Shown here: positions 40,965 through 49,342 of the stretch, piece by piece | Position numbering within the stretch: the first letter of the stretch is position 1 | Layout: every line of letters starts with the position of its first letter | Assembly (NCBI GenBank): GCA_026709025.1 | Contig: JAPOTT010000029.1 | Location: forward strand, 86,231 to 150,230 | Direction: 5' to 3' | Length of the DNA: 64,000 nt | DNA from: a bacterium | GTDB lineage: Bacteria > Actinomycetota > Acidimicrobiia > Acidimicrobiales > Bin134 | Notes under the pieces: model-generated | What the model saw: only the letters and a program-made list of their open reading frames with translations | What the model was told of the DNA's origin: nothing | Database searches by the model: none | Translations under genes and position numbers: made by a program

Positions 40965-41240
40965 TTAGAGTGGGTCTTCGCGGTTGGCAGCCCGCACTGC
41001 GTAGCTGAACACGATGGCGGGGGCTAGCACCAGCGATCCAACCACCAAGCACACCGTGATGGCGCTTACCAATGGGTTGCTAAATCGGCTGGCGAAACCT
41101 ATAAAAAACATAGTCATCGCAGCCAAATAGAGCAGGTAGCCCAGCCGTTGGCCTGCTTTGGTTAGCCAAACAATGCGTTTTCGCCGGGCAGCCAGAGCTT
41201 TGTTGTGATTGCTGGCATTGTCGTAGTTCATGGCAGCCAA
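40965..41240 (-). CDS. Small membrane protein (2 predicted TM segments)
   Basis: 91 aa with hydrophobic segments LGYLLYLAAMTMFFIGF and ITVCLVVGSLVLAPAIVF. The start overlaps the stop of the upstream GT4 gene. Confidence 0.5.
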   Translation of the reverse strand: MAAMNYDNASNHNKALAARRKRIVWLTKAGQRLGYLLYLAAMTMFFIGFASRFSNPLVSAITVCLVVGSLVLAPAIVFSYAVRAANREDPL

Positions 41241-42355
41241 CCCGCAGTGCTTAACAGTGCTTCTAAGTCTGCCCGAACACGCTTTAGCGAAAAGTGGGTT
41301 ACCGCCACAGCTCGATTGTGCTCCAAAATGTGAGCTGCGCTGGTATCAGCGGTTGTGGTGGTATCTGCGGCAACATCTGTGATGTCGTCCAAAAAACTCC
41401 TCACCTCGTTTAAGTTGGTGGCGCTGAACCACCTAAACCCGAACGCGGCCAGTTCTTTGGCCACCGGATAGTCGCCCACCACGCAGGGTTTCCCCCAGAT
41501 GGCGGCCTCAATCGGTGGGTTGCCAAAGCCCTCCCACTCAGATGGGAAGACCACTAAGTCGGCTGCGGCGTATATGTCGGGGGTTCTGGCTACTGGGCGG
41601 TGGATAACCTCACATCTAGCAGCTGCTAACACCTTATCTAGAGTTGGCTGATAGCCATCTTCAGCCTCACCCAACAGCCAATAGGTGCCTCCCAGAGCCT
41701 CGGCAATGGCCACCGCAGCAGGTATATTTTTGCGGGGGATAGCCCTAACCGGATGGGCTATCAGCAAGGTTTGATCGTCTACGCCGAGGGTGGCACGCAA
41801 TCCAGAGCGGTTTGCTGGTGCGGCATTTGTGTTGAAGCCGTTGTAGATCACAGTGGCATCTAGACCTCGTTCGCGAAACTGTTCGGCGGTCAGGCGGTTG
41901 ATCACAACATGTCGCCACCGGGGATCGGTAGGTGGCAATTCGGTAACAGCGGCGAACCTTGAGCGCTGCCACGGTGGATCGTGATGGTGCAAGATGGCCG
42001 GTTGCCCTTTGAGCACTTGAGCCACAGCCCTTGCCGCAGGCAGGTTCAAAGGGATAGTGCAAAGGTTCTCCACCACCGTGAGATCAACATCGGCCAGAGC
42101 ATCGCTAACCGCTTCCGCTAAGCCACGAGCATCTGCTGTTCCACTCCTGTGGCTGCCACCTGTGTCGTCGCCACCACCTGAGTGCGCTCCGATACTCAGG
42201 CCGGGCACCAGTCGGTCTACGGGGCCTTCGCCCGCAACCGTCACAACCTCAAAGCCGATGGCCTCCAATATCTGCTGCCAATGGCCAGCAACCACAGATA
42301 CCCCATCGCTCAACCCCAGTCGAAACGAAACAATCGCGCACCGAATCATACCCAT
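41228..42355 (-). CDS. Glycosyltransferase, GT4 family
   Basis: C-terminal EX7E-type motif FPSEWEGFGNPPIEA. 375 aa with GT-B-like organisation. Confidence 0.8.
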   Translation of the reverse strand: MGMIRCAIVSFRLGLSDGVSVVAGHWQQILEAIGFEVVTVAGEGPVDRLVPGLSIGAHSGGGDDTGGSHRSGTADARGLAEAVSDALADVDLTVVENLCTIPLNLPAARAVAQVLKGQPAILHHHDPPWQRSRFAAVTELPPTDPRWRHVVINRLTAEQFRERGLDATVIYNGFNTNAAPANRSGLRATLGVDDQTLLIAHPVRAIPRKNIPAAVAIAEALGGTYWLLGEAEDGYQPTLDKVLAAARCEVIHRPVARTPDIYAAADLVVFPSEWEGFGNPPIEAAIWGKPCVVGDYPVAKELAAFGFRWFSATNLNEVRSFLDDITDVAADTTTTADTSAAHILEHNRAVAVTHFSLKRVRADLEALLSTAGWLP

Positions 42356-42395
42356 GAGATAAGCAGACCAGCGCTAAGTATGAGACCTTGTAGGG

Positions 42396-43634
42396 ATGGA
42401 ACAGCCTGAGATGCATGATGCAGCGTTGGTTAGGGAGCGGGCTCGTGCGGTGCTGCTAGCTCATTGGGTATCTGCCGGTTATGCGGTGCCTAACCCCACT
42501 ACCTACCCCTGGCAGTGGCTGTGGGATTCCTGTTTTCACGCTGTGTGTTGGGCTGATTTGGGTGACGACAGGGCCCTAGTAGAATTACAAACAGCATTAT
42601 CGGTGCAAAGCGAAGATGGTTTCGTGCCTCACATGAATTATGTGCGCCAACCTACCGCCTCTGTTGATTATTGGGGGCGCGCCGGTGCCTCTTGCATCAC
42701 GCAGCCACCGATGTATGGGCACGCGGTTAGCGAGCTGATACGCCGAGATATAGATGTCCCCGAAGAGACGGTGGCTAGGGCAGAGCGTGGCTTGGAGTTC
42801 TTGTTGTTCAAACGCCAGAGATGCCCAAGTGGGCTCATCGCGCTGTGCCACCCCTGGGAGAGCGGTGCCGACAATAGCCCCCGCTGGGATGACTGGTGCC
42901 CTGGAGGGTTCGTGCTAGCTCGCTGGCGAAAAACCAAGCAGCAGCTGTTGGGCAGCATCGTGAGCAACGATCAGGGTTCTGCTGTGTCTAACCCTGATTT
43001 TGCTGTGGGGTCGGTGGGGTTTAACGCCTTGGTGGTGTTCAACGCCAGAGAACTGGTGGGGAAAACGGGCAACCCCCACCTGTCTAAAGCCGCAGAAGAG
43101 TTGGCCGAATGTTTGGCTTCTCGCTGGGATGCTTCTTTGCGTACCTGGGTTGACGATGCTGCAGATCAAGCTGGTTCGGTTCGGGCGCGCACCGTAGACA
43201 GCTTGTTGGCGATGCTGGTGGTAGACGCACACAACAACAGTGCTGCAATCTGTGCCGTTGCTGAAGACTTAGCAGACCCTGCTGCCTACGGCGCTACCTA
43301 TGGCCCCACTGGGGTGCATCGCGCTGAGCCTACCTATGATCCCAACACCTATTGGCGGGGCCCGGCTTGGCCGCAACTCAACTATCTTTTGTGGTTGGGG
43401 TTGCTCAGACACGGGCTAACACAGGTTGCTGCTCAGATAGCTCGTTGCACGGTGCAAGGTGCTATGCAGAGCGGCTTTGGCGAGTATTGGAACCCCGATG
43501 ACGCATCCACAACGGGCGCAGTGCCACAGTCTTGGACTGCTCTAGCAGCGGTGCTGGCCAACACTGGAGCAGACTTGCCAGATAGCTCAGGTAACTCAGC
43601 AGACCAAGACAACTCAGTAGATGTGCAGGGCTGA
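42396..43634 (+). CDS. GH63-like (alpha/alpha)6-barrel glycoside hydrolase (glucosyl-/mannosylglycerate hydrolase-like)
   Basis: Motifs YPWQWLWDSCFHA, HPWESGADNSPRWD and YWRGPAWPQLNYL. Confidence 0.65.
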   Translation: MEQPEMHDAALVRERARAVLLAHWVSAGYAVPNPTTYPWQWLWDSCFHAVCWADLGDDRALVELQTALSVQSEDGFVPHMNYVRQPTASVDYWGRAGASCITQPPMYGHAVSELIRRDIDVPEETVARAERGLEFLLFKRQRCPSGLIALCHPWESGADNSPRWDDWCPGGFVLARWRKTKQQLLGSIVSNDQGSAVSNPDFAVGSVGFNALVVFNARELVGKTGNPHLSKAAEELAECLASRWDASLRTWVDDAADQAGSVRARTVDSLLAMLVVDAHNNSAAICAVAEDLADPAAYGATYGPTGVHRAEPTYDPNTYWRGPAWPQLNYLLWLGLLRHGLTQVAAQIARCTVQGAMQSGFGEYWNPDDASTTGAVPQSWTALAAVLANTGADLPDSSGNSADQDNSVDVQG

Positions 43635-43650
43635 CAGCGGGCAAATAGCT

Positions 43651-44286
43651 CTACAGGGCTATGTTTTGCATGTTTCCGATGATAAGTAGGTCTTGATAGC
43701 TGTGGACAAAACACGACACGCGGCGCTGTGCATCAGCACCCTCCCAATCGGTGCGGCTAGGTGCGATTAGCCCGATGTCTAGTTGTGAACGTTCATAAAC
43801 CTCCCCAATAAACGGCTCAAACCGCTCATAACACTGCATCTGGCCCCATTCGTTGAGGGCCTCTTCACCCGGGTAGGGGGTTTGTGCTGGCGCAGGATGA
43901 AGCACGATGGCGTACACCTGGGCGTTGTGCGGGCGAGAACAGCCAACTGCCGTTGTGAGTTGGGCTGGTAGGTCGTTTCGATCCAAATAGGAGTACTGGT
44001 TGAAGCATGCACCAACCTGCAACTCGTCAGGCTCCGTCACCCGGCCTTCAAAGCGGTCTCGCAGATCCTCTTCGGTAGGCAGCAGGTCGGGTTCAGGAGT
44101 GGGTGTCACAAACACCTCAGGTATTCCATCCGATTGCGTGCTGTCGCCGCCGCATCCTGCAGCGAAAATCACCAACACTGCAATGATGCCCGCTAGTGAT
44201 ACCGCGCGAAGCACTGTCTGCCACTTGGGCTGCCACTTGGGGTCAGGTTTAGATAGGCCAAAGAGCATGCTTTGCTGGGCGGGCAT
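43651..44286 (-). CDS. Septum-formation-family lipoprotein
   Basis: Lipobox FAAGCGG. Conserved Cys pattern (VGACFN...VGCSRPHNAQVYA...QCYERF...VSCF). Confidence 0.6.
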   Translation of the reverse strand: MPAQQSMLFGLSKPDPKWQPKWQTVLRAVSLAGIIAVLVIFAAGCGGDSTQSDGIPEVFVTPTPEPDLLPTEEDLRDRFEGRVTEPDELQVGACFNQYSYLDRNDLPAQLTTAVGCSRPHNAQVYAIVLHPAPAQTPYPGEEALNEWGQMQCYERFEPFIGEVYERSQLDIGLIAPSRTDWEGADAQRRVSCFVHSYQDLLIIGNMQNIAL

Positions 44287-44301
44287 GAGTTGCTAGATAA
44301 A

Positions 44302-45864
44302 TCAGTAGGAGGGGAGGGCTTGGTCGATGTGCCAGAAAGCCATAAACATCACCACAGCTAGAGGTAGCGCAGCCACAGCATAGGCCGGTAAGCGCTTGTA
44401 GCGATGGCCCGCAAACAGTGCAGTCATCCACATCGCTAAAAGGGCTATTCCCCACACAACAGCAGGCCCAACTGCACCCGAGTCACCGTCCAAACCCTCT
44501 CCAAAAGAGCTCACGCTCATAGAACTGCTAATCCCTCTCACCCCTGCTGTTCCAGTCCCAGTGCTGTCACTAGCCGAGTTGCTTCCAGAACTCTGCCCAG
44601 AGGTGTTGTTGCCCCCAGACGTGCTGCCTCCAGCGGCCACAGCATCAGCGTTGTCGGCATTATCTGAGGTGCCAGATCCTGCTTGTGGGCTTTCACCGGG
44701 CGTTTGGGCTGTTCCCAAAGCAGCGTCGGGGCTAGAGGTAACCGTTTGTAGGCTGTCTTGGACACCGTTGGCGTTGGCGTTTCCAGTTATGTTGGCGTTA
44801 GTGCTGGCACTGTTAGCTGCGTTGCCACCAGCCGCTGAGCCGTTTTGTTGCTCATCGGTTAGCTGCTCGTTAGTTAGCGGTTCATCGGGCAAAGCTTCAG
44901 AAGCAAGCTGAGGAGGGCTTGAGGTTTGTTGCCCCGGTCGCACAAAGGTTGGAGCGGGAGGGCCTAGCAGTTCAGCCACAACGATAATTCTCTGTCGCGC
45001 CGAGCCTCGAGGATGACAGGCTGTCAGGGTCAACCGGTTGGGATGAACAGAAAAGTTTTGGTTCAACACCTCAACTGCAGAAGGTGGCACGATGAAGTGG
45101 CCGTGTCCTGCGCCTTGGGGCACCACCTGATAGGTAAATTGGCCTTGCACGGTGGTTATCACGATCTCATCGCCGGGCTTCAGCTTGTCTATCTGCCCAA
45201 ATGGGGCACCGTAGGTTGTGCGATGTCCGGCGATGGCAGCGTTGCCAGCCTGACCGGGTAGGGGAGTAGCGGGATAGTGTCCCGGCCCCTTGCGTAAATC
45301 GCCCGACCTCACCCCCGCTACCACCGTCTTTTTGACGTCCAGTGAGGGGATCTCGATTCGGGCGATGGCCTCTCCTGGGTTACGGTACAGCAGCCTTGCC
45401 CATTCTTCATCCACTATTGGCACCGTTGCAGGTTGCGCTGCGGCTGGCTGTGCCTGTTCGTTGCTAGGTGTATTAGATACTTCGGCTACTTGGGTATCTG
45501 AATCTGCATATACACCGTTGGTTTGGGCAGCCGGTTGAGTTTGTTGGGTGGTTTCTGGGTTTTGGATTTGTGTGTTGGTTTGTAGGCCCGTGGCAGTGGG
45601 GTTGGCGCTATCTTGGCTAGAGTTGTTGGTTGCATTAGAGCCGGTGGCAGCAGGAAATGCCGCCACAGGAGGTGTCGCTGGCCTGAGCGCCTCCGACTCG
45701 TTGAGCAGATTGTCAAAGTCGTTGCTCAAGGAATCTTGGTTGCGGGCTTCGATTAGGCCGGTGCCCCAAAGCTGGAACATGCCAAACAGCAGTATCACGA
45801 TGCCGATAGCGATGATGGTTTTGCCCAAACCGCCGATTATGCGAACAACGCGTGCCACTGACAC
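44302..45864 (-). CDS. Class E sortase with long low-complexity insertions
   Basis: AIAGHRTTYGAPF and LTLTACHP catalytic motifs, with N- and C-terminal TM segments. I propose a GTG start at 45864 (or 45858). The track ORF up to 46113 would overlap the divergent acyl-CoA synthetase gene. Confidence 0.75.
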   Translation of the reverse strand: MSVARVVRIIGGLGKTIIAIGIVILLFGMFQLWGTGLIEARNQDSLSNDFDNLLNESEALRPATPPVAAFPAATGSNATNNSSQDSANPTATGLQTNTQIQNPETTQQTQPAAQTNGVYADSDTQVAEVSNTPSNEQAQPAAAQPATVPIVDEEWARLLYRNPGEAIARIEIPSLDVKKTVVAGVRSGDLRKGPGHYPATPLPGQAGNAAIAGHRTTYGAPFGQIDKLKPGDEIVITTVQGQFTYQVVPQGAGHGHFIVPPSAVEVLNQNFSVHPNRLTLTACHPRGSARQRIIVVAELLGPPAPTFVRPGQQTSSPPQLASEALPDEPLTNEQLTDEQQNGSAAGGNAANSASTNANITGNANANGVQDSLQTVTSSPDAALGTAQTPGESPQAGSGTSDNADNADAVAAGGSTSGGNNTSGQSSGSNSASDSTGTGTAGVRGISSSMSVSSFGEGLDGDSGAVGPAVVWGIALLAMWMTALFAGHRYKRLPAYAVAALPLAVVMFMAFWHIDQALPSY

Positions 45865-45987
45865 GCCTTTCAGTCTAGGGCTTTGAGCTTGCTGTGGGGT
45901 GTTGGGCTTCTTATGGTGTGTGTTGTGAGGCTCTGGGACTCTGGGCCTTGGGGGAATCTGTCTGGTGGTTTGCGCTAGGCTAACGCC

Positions 45988-47523
45988 ATGAAGGTTGCCT
46001 TGAACGTACTGGACTTTTTGAACCGTGCTGAAGCTGTCTATGGGCAGCGTGTGGCTATAACCGATGAGCCCGATCAACCGGCCAAGAGTTGGGGCGACAT
46101 TACGTTTGCGCAAATTGCCGAGCTAGCCCGCAAACAAGCTGCTGGTCTGGATGCTCACGGCATCGGTTTTGGAGAGCGAGTGGCTGTGGTGTCGCAGAAC
46201 TCGGCACGAATGTTGGTGTCTTTTTTTGGGGTGAGCGGCTTTGGCCGTGTGTATGTGCCTATTAATTTTCGCCTCCAAGCTCCAGAGATCAACTACATAG
46301 TGGAGCACTCTGGGGCCTCCATGTTGTTGGTAGACCCTGAACTGAAAGACTCGCTAGCTGGGGTTGATTGCGCCCACCGTTATGTATTAGGTGCCGAAAG
46401 CGATGAGGCCCTTTTTGGGGCCAACTCCGAGCCTCAGCCGTGGCAGGCCAACGAAGATGCTACAGCTGTTATTAACTACACATCTGGTACCACCGCCCGC
46501 CCTAAGGGTGTTCAGATGACACATCGTTCTTTGTGGCTCAACGCGGCTATCTTCGGCTGGTCTGTTGGTGTGAGCGACCGGGATGTGTACTTGCACACTT
46601 TGCCTGCTTTTCACTGCAACGGGTGGGGTATGCCGTATGCACTCACTGGTGTCGGTGCCCGCCAAATTGTGCTACGCAAGATAGACGGTGCAGAGATATT
46701 ACGTCGCATAGATAAATATGGTGTTACCTACTTTTGTGGAGCGCCCGCAGTAGTGGCTGCTGTTTTGGATGCAGCTCAACGCTGGGAAGGCCCTATCCCA
46801 GGTGCTGGGAAGGTACGCATATCGGTGGGGGGAGCCCCGCCACCTACCCGCACCATCGAGCGTATAGCAACCGAGTTGGGTTGGGAGTTCATCCAGTTAT
46901 ATGGCCTTACCGAAACAGCCCCGGTGCTCACCTTAAGCCGTCAACGCCAAGAGTGGGACGATCTCAGCACCGCCGAGCGGGCGGCCAAGTTGGCAAGAGC
47001 GGGTGTGCCTGTGCTGGGGGTTTCGTTAGATACCGATCCTCAGGGCGAGGTGTTAGCAAAGGGCAACAATGTGTTGGAGGCTTACTGGGAGCAGCCCGAA
47101 GCAACAGCCGAAGCGTTGGAGGGAGGCTGGTTTCATACCGGTGATGGCGGGTTTATAGACGAAGATGGTTATCTGAATATCTCAGATCGCAAGAAGGATG
47201 TAATCATCTCGGGTGGAGAGAATGTGTCTTCCATAGAGGTGGAAGATGCTTTGTTTGCACACCAAGCGGTAGCGGAGGTGGCTGTGATTGGTGTGCCCGA
47301 CGACAAATGGGGTGAAACCGTGAAGGCGTTGGTGGTGCTAGCGCCGGGCGCAGAAGCCACAGAGCAGGAACTGATTGGGCATTGTCGCAGCCTGATCGCT
47401 CACTACAAGTGTCCCACCTCAATAGAGTTCCGAGACGAACTAGCCCGCACCGCCACCGGCAAGCTACAGAAATACCGCTTACGTGAGCCCTACTGGGCTG
47501 ACCAAAGCCGCCAAGTAAGCTAA
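45988..47523 (+). CDS. AMP-dependent acyl-CoA synthetase/ligase
   Basis: AMP-binding motifs YTSGTTARPKGV, GWFHTGDGG and DRKKDVIISGGENV. Confidence 0.9.
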   Translation: MKVALNVLDFLNRAEAVYGQRVAITDEPDQPAKSWGDITFAQIAELARKQAAGLDAHGIGFGERVAVVSQNSARMLVSFFGVSGFGRVYVPINFRLQAPEINYIVEHSGASMLLVDPELKDSLAGVDCAHRYVLGAESDEALFGANSEPQPWQANEDATAVINYTSGTTARPKGVQMTHRSLWLNAAIFGWSVGVSDRDVYLHTLPAFHCNGWGMPYALTGVGARQIVLRKIDGAEILRRIDKYGVTYFCGAPAVVAAVLDAAQRWEGPIPGAGKVRISVGGAPPPTRTIERIATELGWEFIQLYGLTETAPVLTLSRQRQEWDDLSTAERAAKLARAGVPVLGVSLDTDPQGEVLAKGNNVLEAYWEQPEATAEALEGGWFHTGDGGFIDEDGYLNISDRKKDVIISGGENVSSIEVEDALFAHQAVAEVAVIGVPDDKWGETVKALVVLAPGAEATEQELIGHCRSLIAHYKCPTSIEFRDELARTATGKLQKYRLREPYWADQSRQVS

Positions 47524-47535
47524 CAAGTAAGCTAA
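47512..47535 (+). repeat. Perfect 12-bp tandem duplication (caagtaagctaa x2) that includes the acyl-CoA synthetase stop codon
   Basis: Units 47512-47523 and 47524-47535 are identical. Confidence 0.95.
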
Positions 47536-47581
47536 CCCACCAGACGCAACTCTAGACGCGCTGTAGTTAATGTGTTCTTAG

Positions 47582-48766
47582 TTAATTTGTTCCTAGTTCT
47601 TTCAGGATAATTCGCTCAGGTACCAGGTCGGTCAATCTGGTTAAGTTGCCTACACGTTCCAAATAGCCTGACAGCGTAAGTCGTCTATTGATCCCATAGG
47701 CAGTATCTGGGTTTTGACCAGTTTGTCGTGCGATGTCCACAATTTTTGCTTCTCCTCCCAAATCTACAAGTCCTCGTAAATGGCATCTTTCAGAGTCAGA
47801 CAAATCATAAAAGGCTGGTTCACTGATCTTTTCATCAAACTGCTTTTGCGCTAACCTAGCTGCTTGTCTTACTGCAAGCGTGTCAATATCCTGCGTGGGA
47901 GCATTGGCCACAGTCCATGCTGAGTGTCCTAAGAGTTGGAGCTTGTAGGGCGAACTTGCAGTGCTTTCTACAGCAATGTTGAGCGCATTATCTGTAATAT
48001 TACCGCCAGAATCCTTTATAGGATGTAGTAATCCTTTAGTCACTTCAGCTTCGCTTAATGCAGGCATATCGTATTGTTGGCATCGCTGAAAGAAGGTCAT
48101 TTTTTTGTCTTGCATAATTGTATATTTCATCTCAGATAGGCCCGCGCCTATAAAAGCTAGGGGTAACTCATCTCTTTTGGTTATATGTTGCAGGTCGTTG
48201 GAGAGCCTTCGTCCTTCATTTCTTTCGACAGCATGAAGTTCATCCACAGTCAGTATCACTGCTGTATTGTGTGTTTGGGCTTGTTCTGCAAGATAAGTTA
48301 ATTGCCTCCTGAGCCCCATCATGCTAATGTTCAGGTTAGATTCCGCCTCAGTTATCTCCCCTTTGAACACTCCAATATCTATGCTTTTAGTTTTCTCGAC
48401 AGTTCGCGAATCGGTCAGTCTGGATAAATCAATGTCTGGGTATCGTTCGGGTAAGGATTGAATTGCGTCTTGTATTCGTTCCAAAAGACTGTTTGTGCCA
48501 GCATCCACAGATATCACAATCCAACCGTCGGATGCTGCACGATCCTCAATTTCGGTTAGCAGAACTGTCTTGCCAGATCCCCGAACCCCCAGCAAAAGAC
48601 TGGTGTATCGCGGATCTCTCGGGCCGGTCACTAATCCAGTGCCAAGTTCAGCTAGGAGATCGTCTCGGCCTACCAACATTGCAGGAAGCTGCCCAAATCC
48701 AGGTGAAAAAGGGTTAGGGTTCGCCTGCCCCAATGCCGATGTAGTGCCCTTTTGCGTGTTCTGCAT
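47582..48766 (-). CDS. P-loop AAA+ ATPase with C-terminal winged-helix domain (Orc1/Cdc6- or AAA_16-like)
   Basis: Walker A GVRGSGKTVLL, Walker B ILTVDELH and a C-terminal wHTH-like region (IVDIARQTGQNPDTAYGINRRLTLSGYLERV). GC is clearly lower than the neighbouring genes. The ATG at 48766 is preferred; a GTG at 48769 is also possible. Confidence 0.7.
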   Translation of the reverse strand: MQNTQKGTTSALGQANPNPFSPGFGQLPAMLVGRDDLLAELGTGLVTGPRDPRYTSLLLGVRGSGKTVLLTEIEDRAASDGWIVISVDAGTNSLLERIQDAIQSLPERYPDIDLSRLTDSRTVEKTKSIDIGVFKGEITEAESNLNISMMGLRRQLTYLAEQAQTHNTAVILTVDELHAVERNEGRRLSNDLQHITKRDELPLAFIGAGLSEMKYTIMQDKKMTFFQRCQQYDMPALSEAEVTKGLLHPIKDSGGNITDNALNIAVESTASSPYKLQLLGHSAWTVANAPTQDIDTLAVRQAARLAQKQFDEKISEPAFYDLSDSERCHLRGLVDLGGEAKIVDIARQTGQNPDTAYGINRRLTLSGYLERVGNLTRLTDLVPERIILKELGTN

Positions 48767-48970
48767 CACTCCAACTTAGCGCACCAGCACACATAAATCC
48801 GCACCAACGCACAGAAAGTCATTATACTACACAGACACCTCACCGGCACACAGGAAATTGATCGGCGCACAGAACTCACACGAACCCACAAGGGGATGGC
48901 CTTAGGCCATTGAGGAATTGCCAGCCCGCTGTTAGCGCATAGGTATGGGTGTCGTTTTGTCAACAAAAAT

Positions 48971-49006
48971 ATTATTCTATTAAGTGAATTTACTCAATAG
49001 AATAAT
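48971..49006. repeat. 15-bp inverted repeat (attattctattaagt / actcaatagaataat) with a 6-nt spacer
   Basis: 14 of 15 positions are complementary. It sits exactly at the 5' truncation point of the DUF4143-type remnant and at the edge of the low-GC segment. Confidence 0.8.
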
Positions 49007-49342
49007 TGTGGTTACAGCTTTGAGGAGGCACAAGCCGACCGCTCCCATTGGGGTCGTTTAGTAGAGAGCAGTGTGGGTGCCCATTTACTGAATGCTGCTT
49101 CGGCTAGAACCGAGGTTAAATACTGGCGCGATAAGGGCCATGAGGTGGATTTCGTGCTTCAACGCGGGCCGCAAATCGTAGGTGTGGAGGTAAAGAGCGG
49201 ACAAGGTGTTTCACATACAACGGGCATTGCGGAGTTTGAAACCCGTTTCAATCCAGTCAACACCGTTGTTGTTGGCGGTTCTGGTGTGCCTCTTAACGAG
49301 TTCCTAACCCGCCCTCCTGATCACTGGTTTGGTTCTGTATGA
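49007..49342 (+). pseudogene. 3' remnant of a DUF4143-type ATPase gene that retains the restriction-endonuclease-like core
   Basis: HWGRLVESSVGAHLL...KGHEVDFVLQRGPQIVGVEVKSG aligns with the C-terminus of the intact paralogue at 22309-23541 (GRLMGSMVETFVVAQL...GRHEIDVIVEFGGGRLVGIEVKAS). The P-loop half is absent. The stop overlaps the next gene's ATG (ATGA). Confidence 0.65.

Noticed and set aside
45865-46113. 83-codon N-terminal extension of the sortase ORF
   Set aside because: It would overlap the divergent acyl-CoA synthetase gene by 126 nt. GTG starts just before the TM anchor are more plausible, though this is unproven.
48766-48966. 66-aa minus-strand ORF ending in TGATG with the Orc/Cdc6-like ATPase start
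   Set aside because: The stop/start overlap is suggestive. The translation (Cys/Val/Arg-rich, no motif) looks like non-coding sequence, and the region contains scattered GCACAG-type repeats. It could only be kept with expression data.
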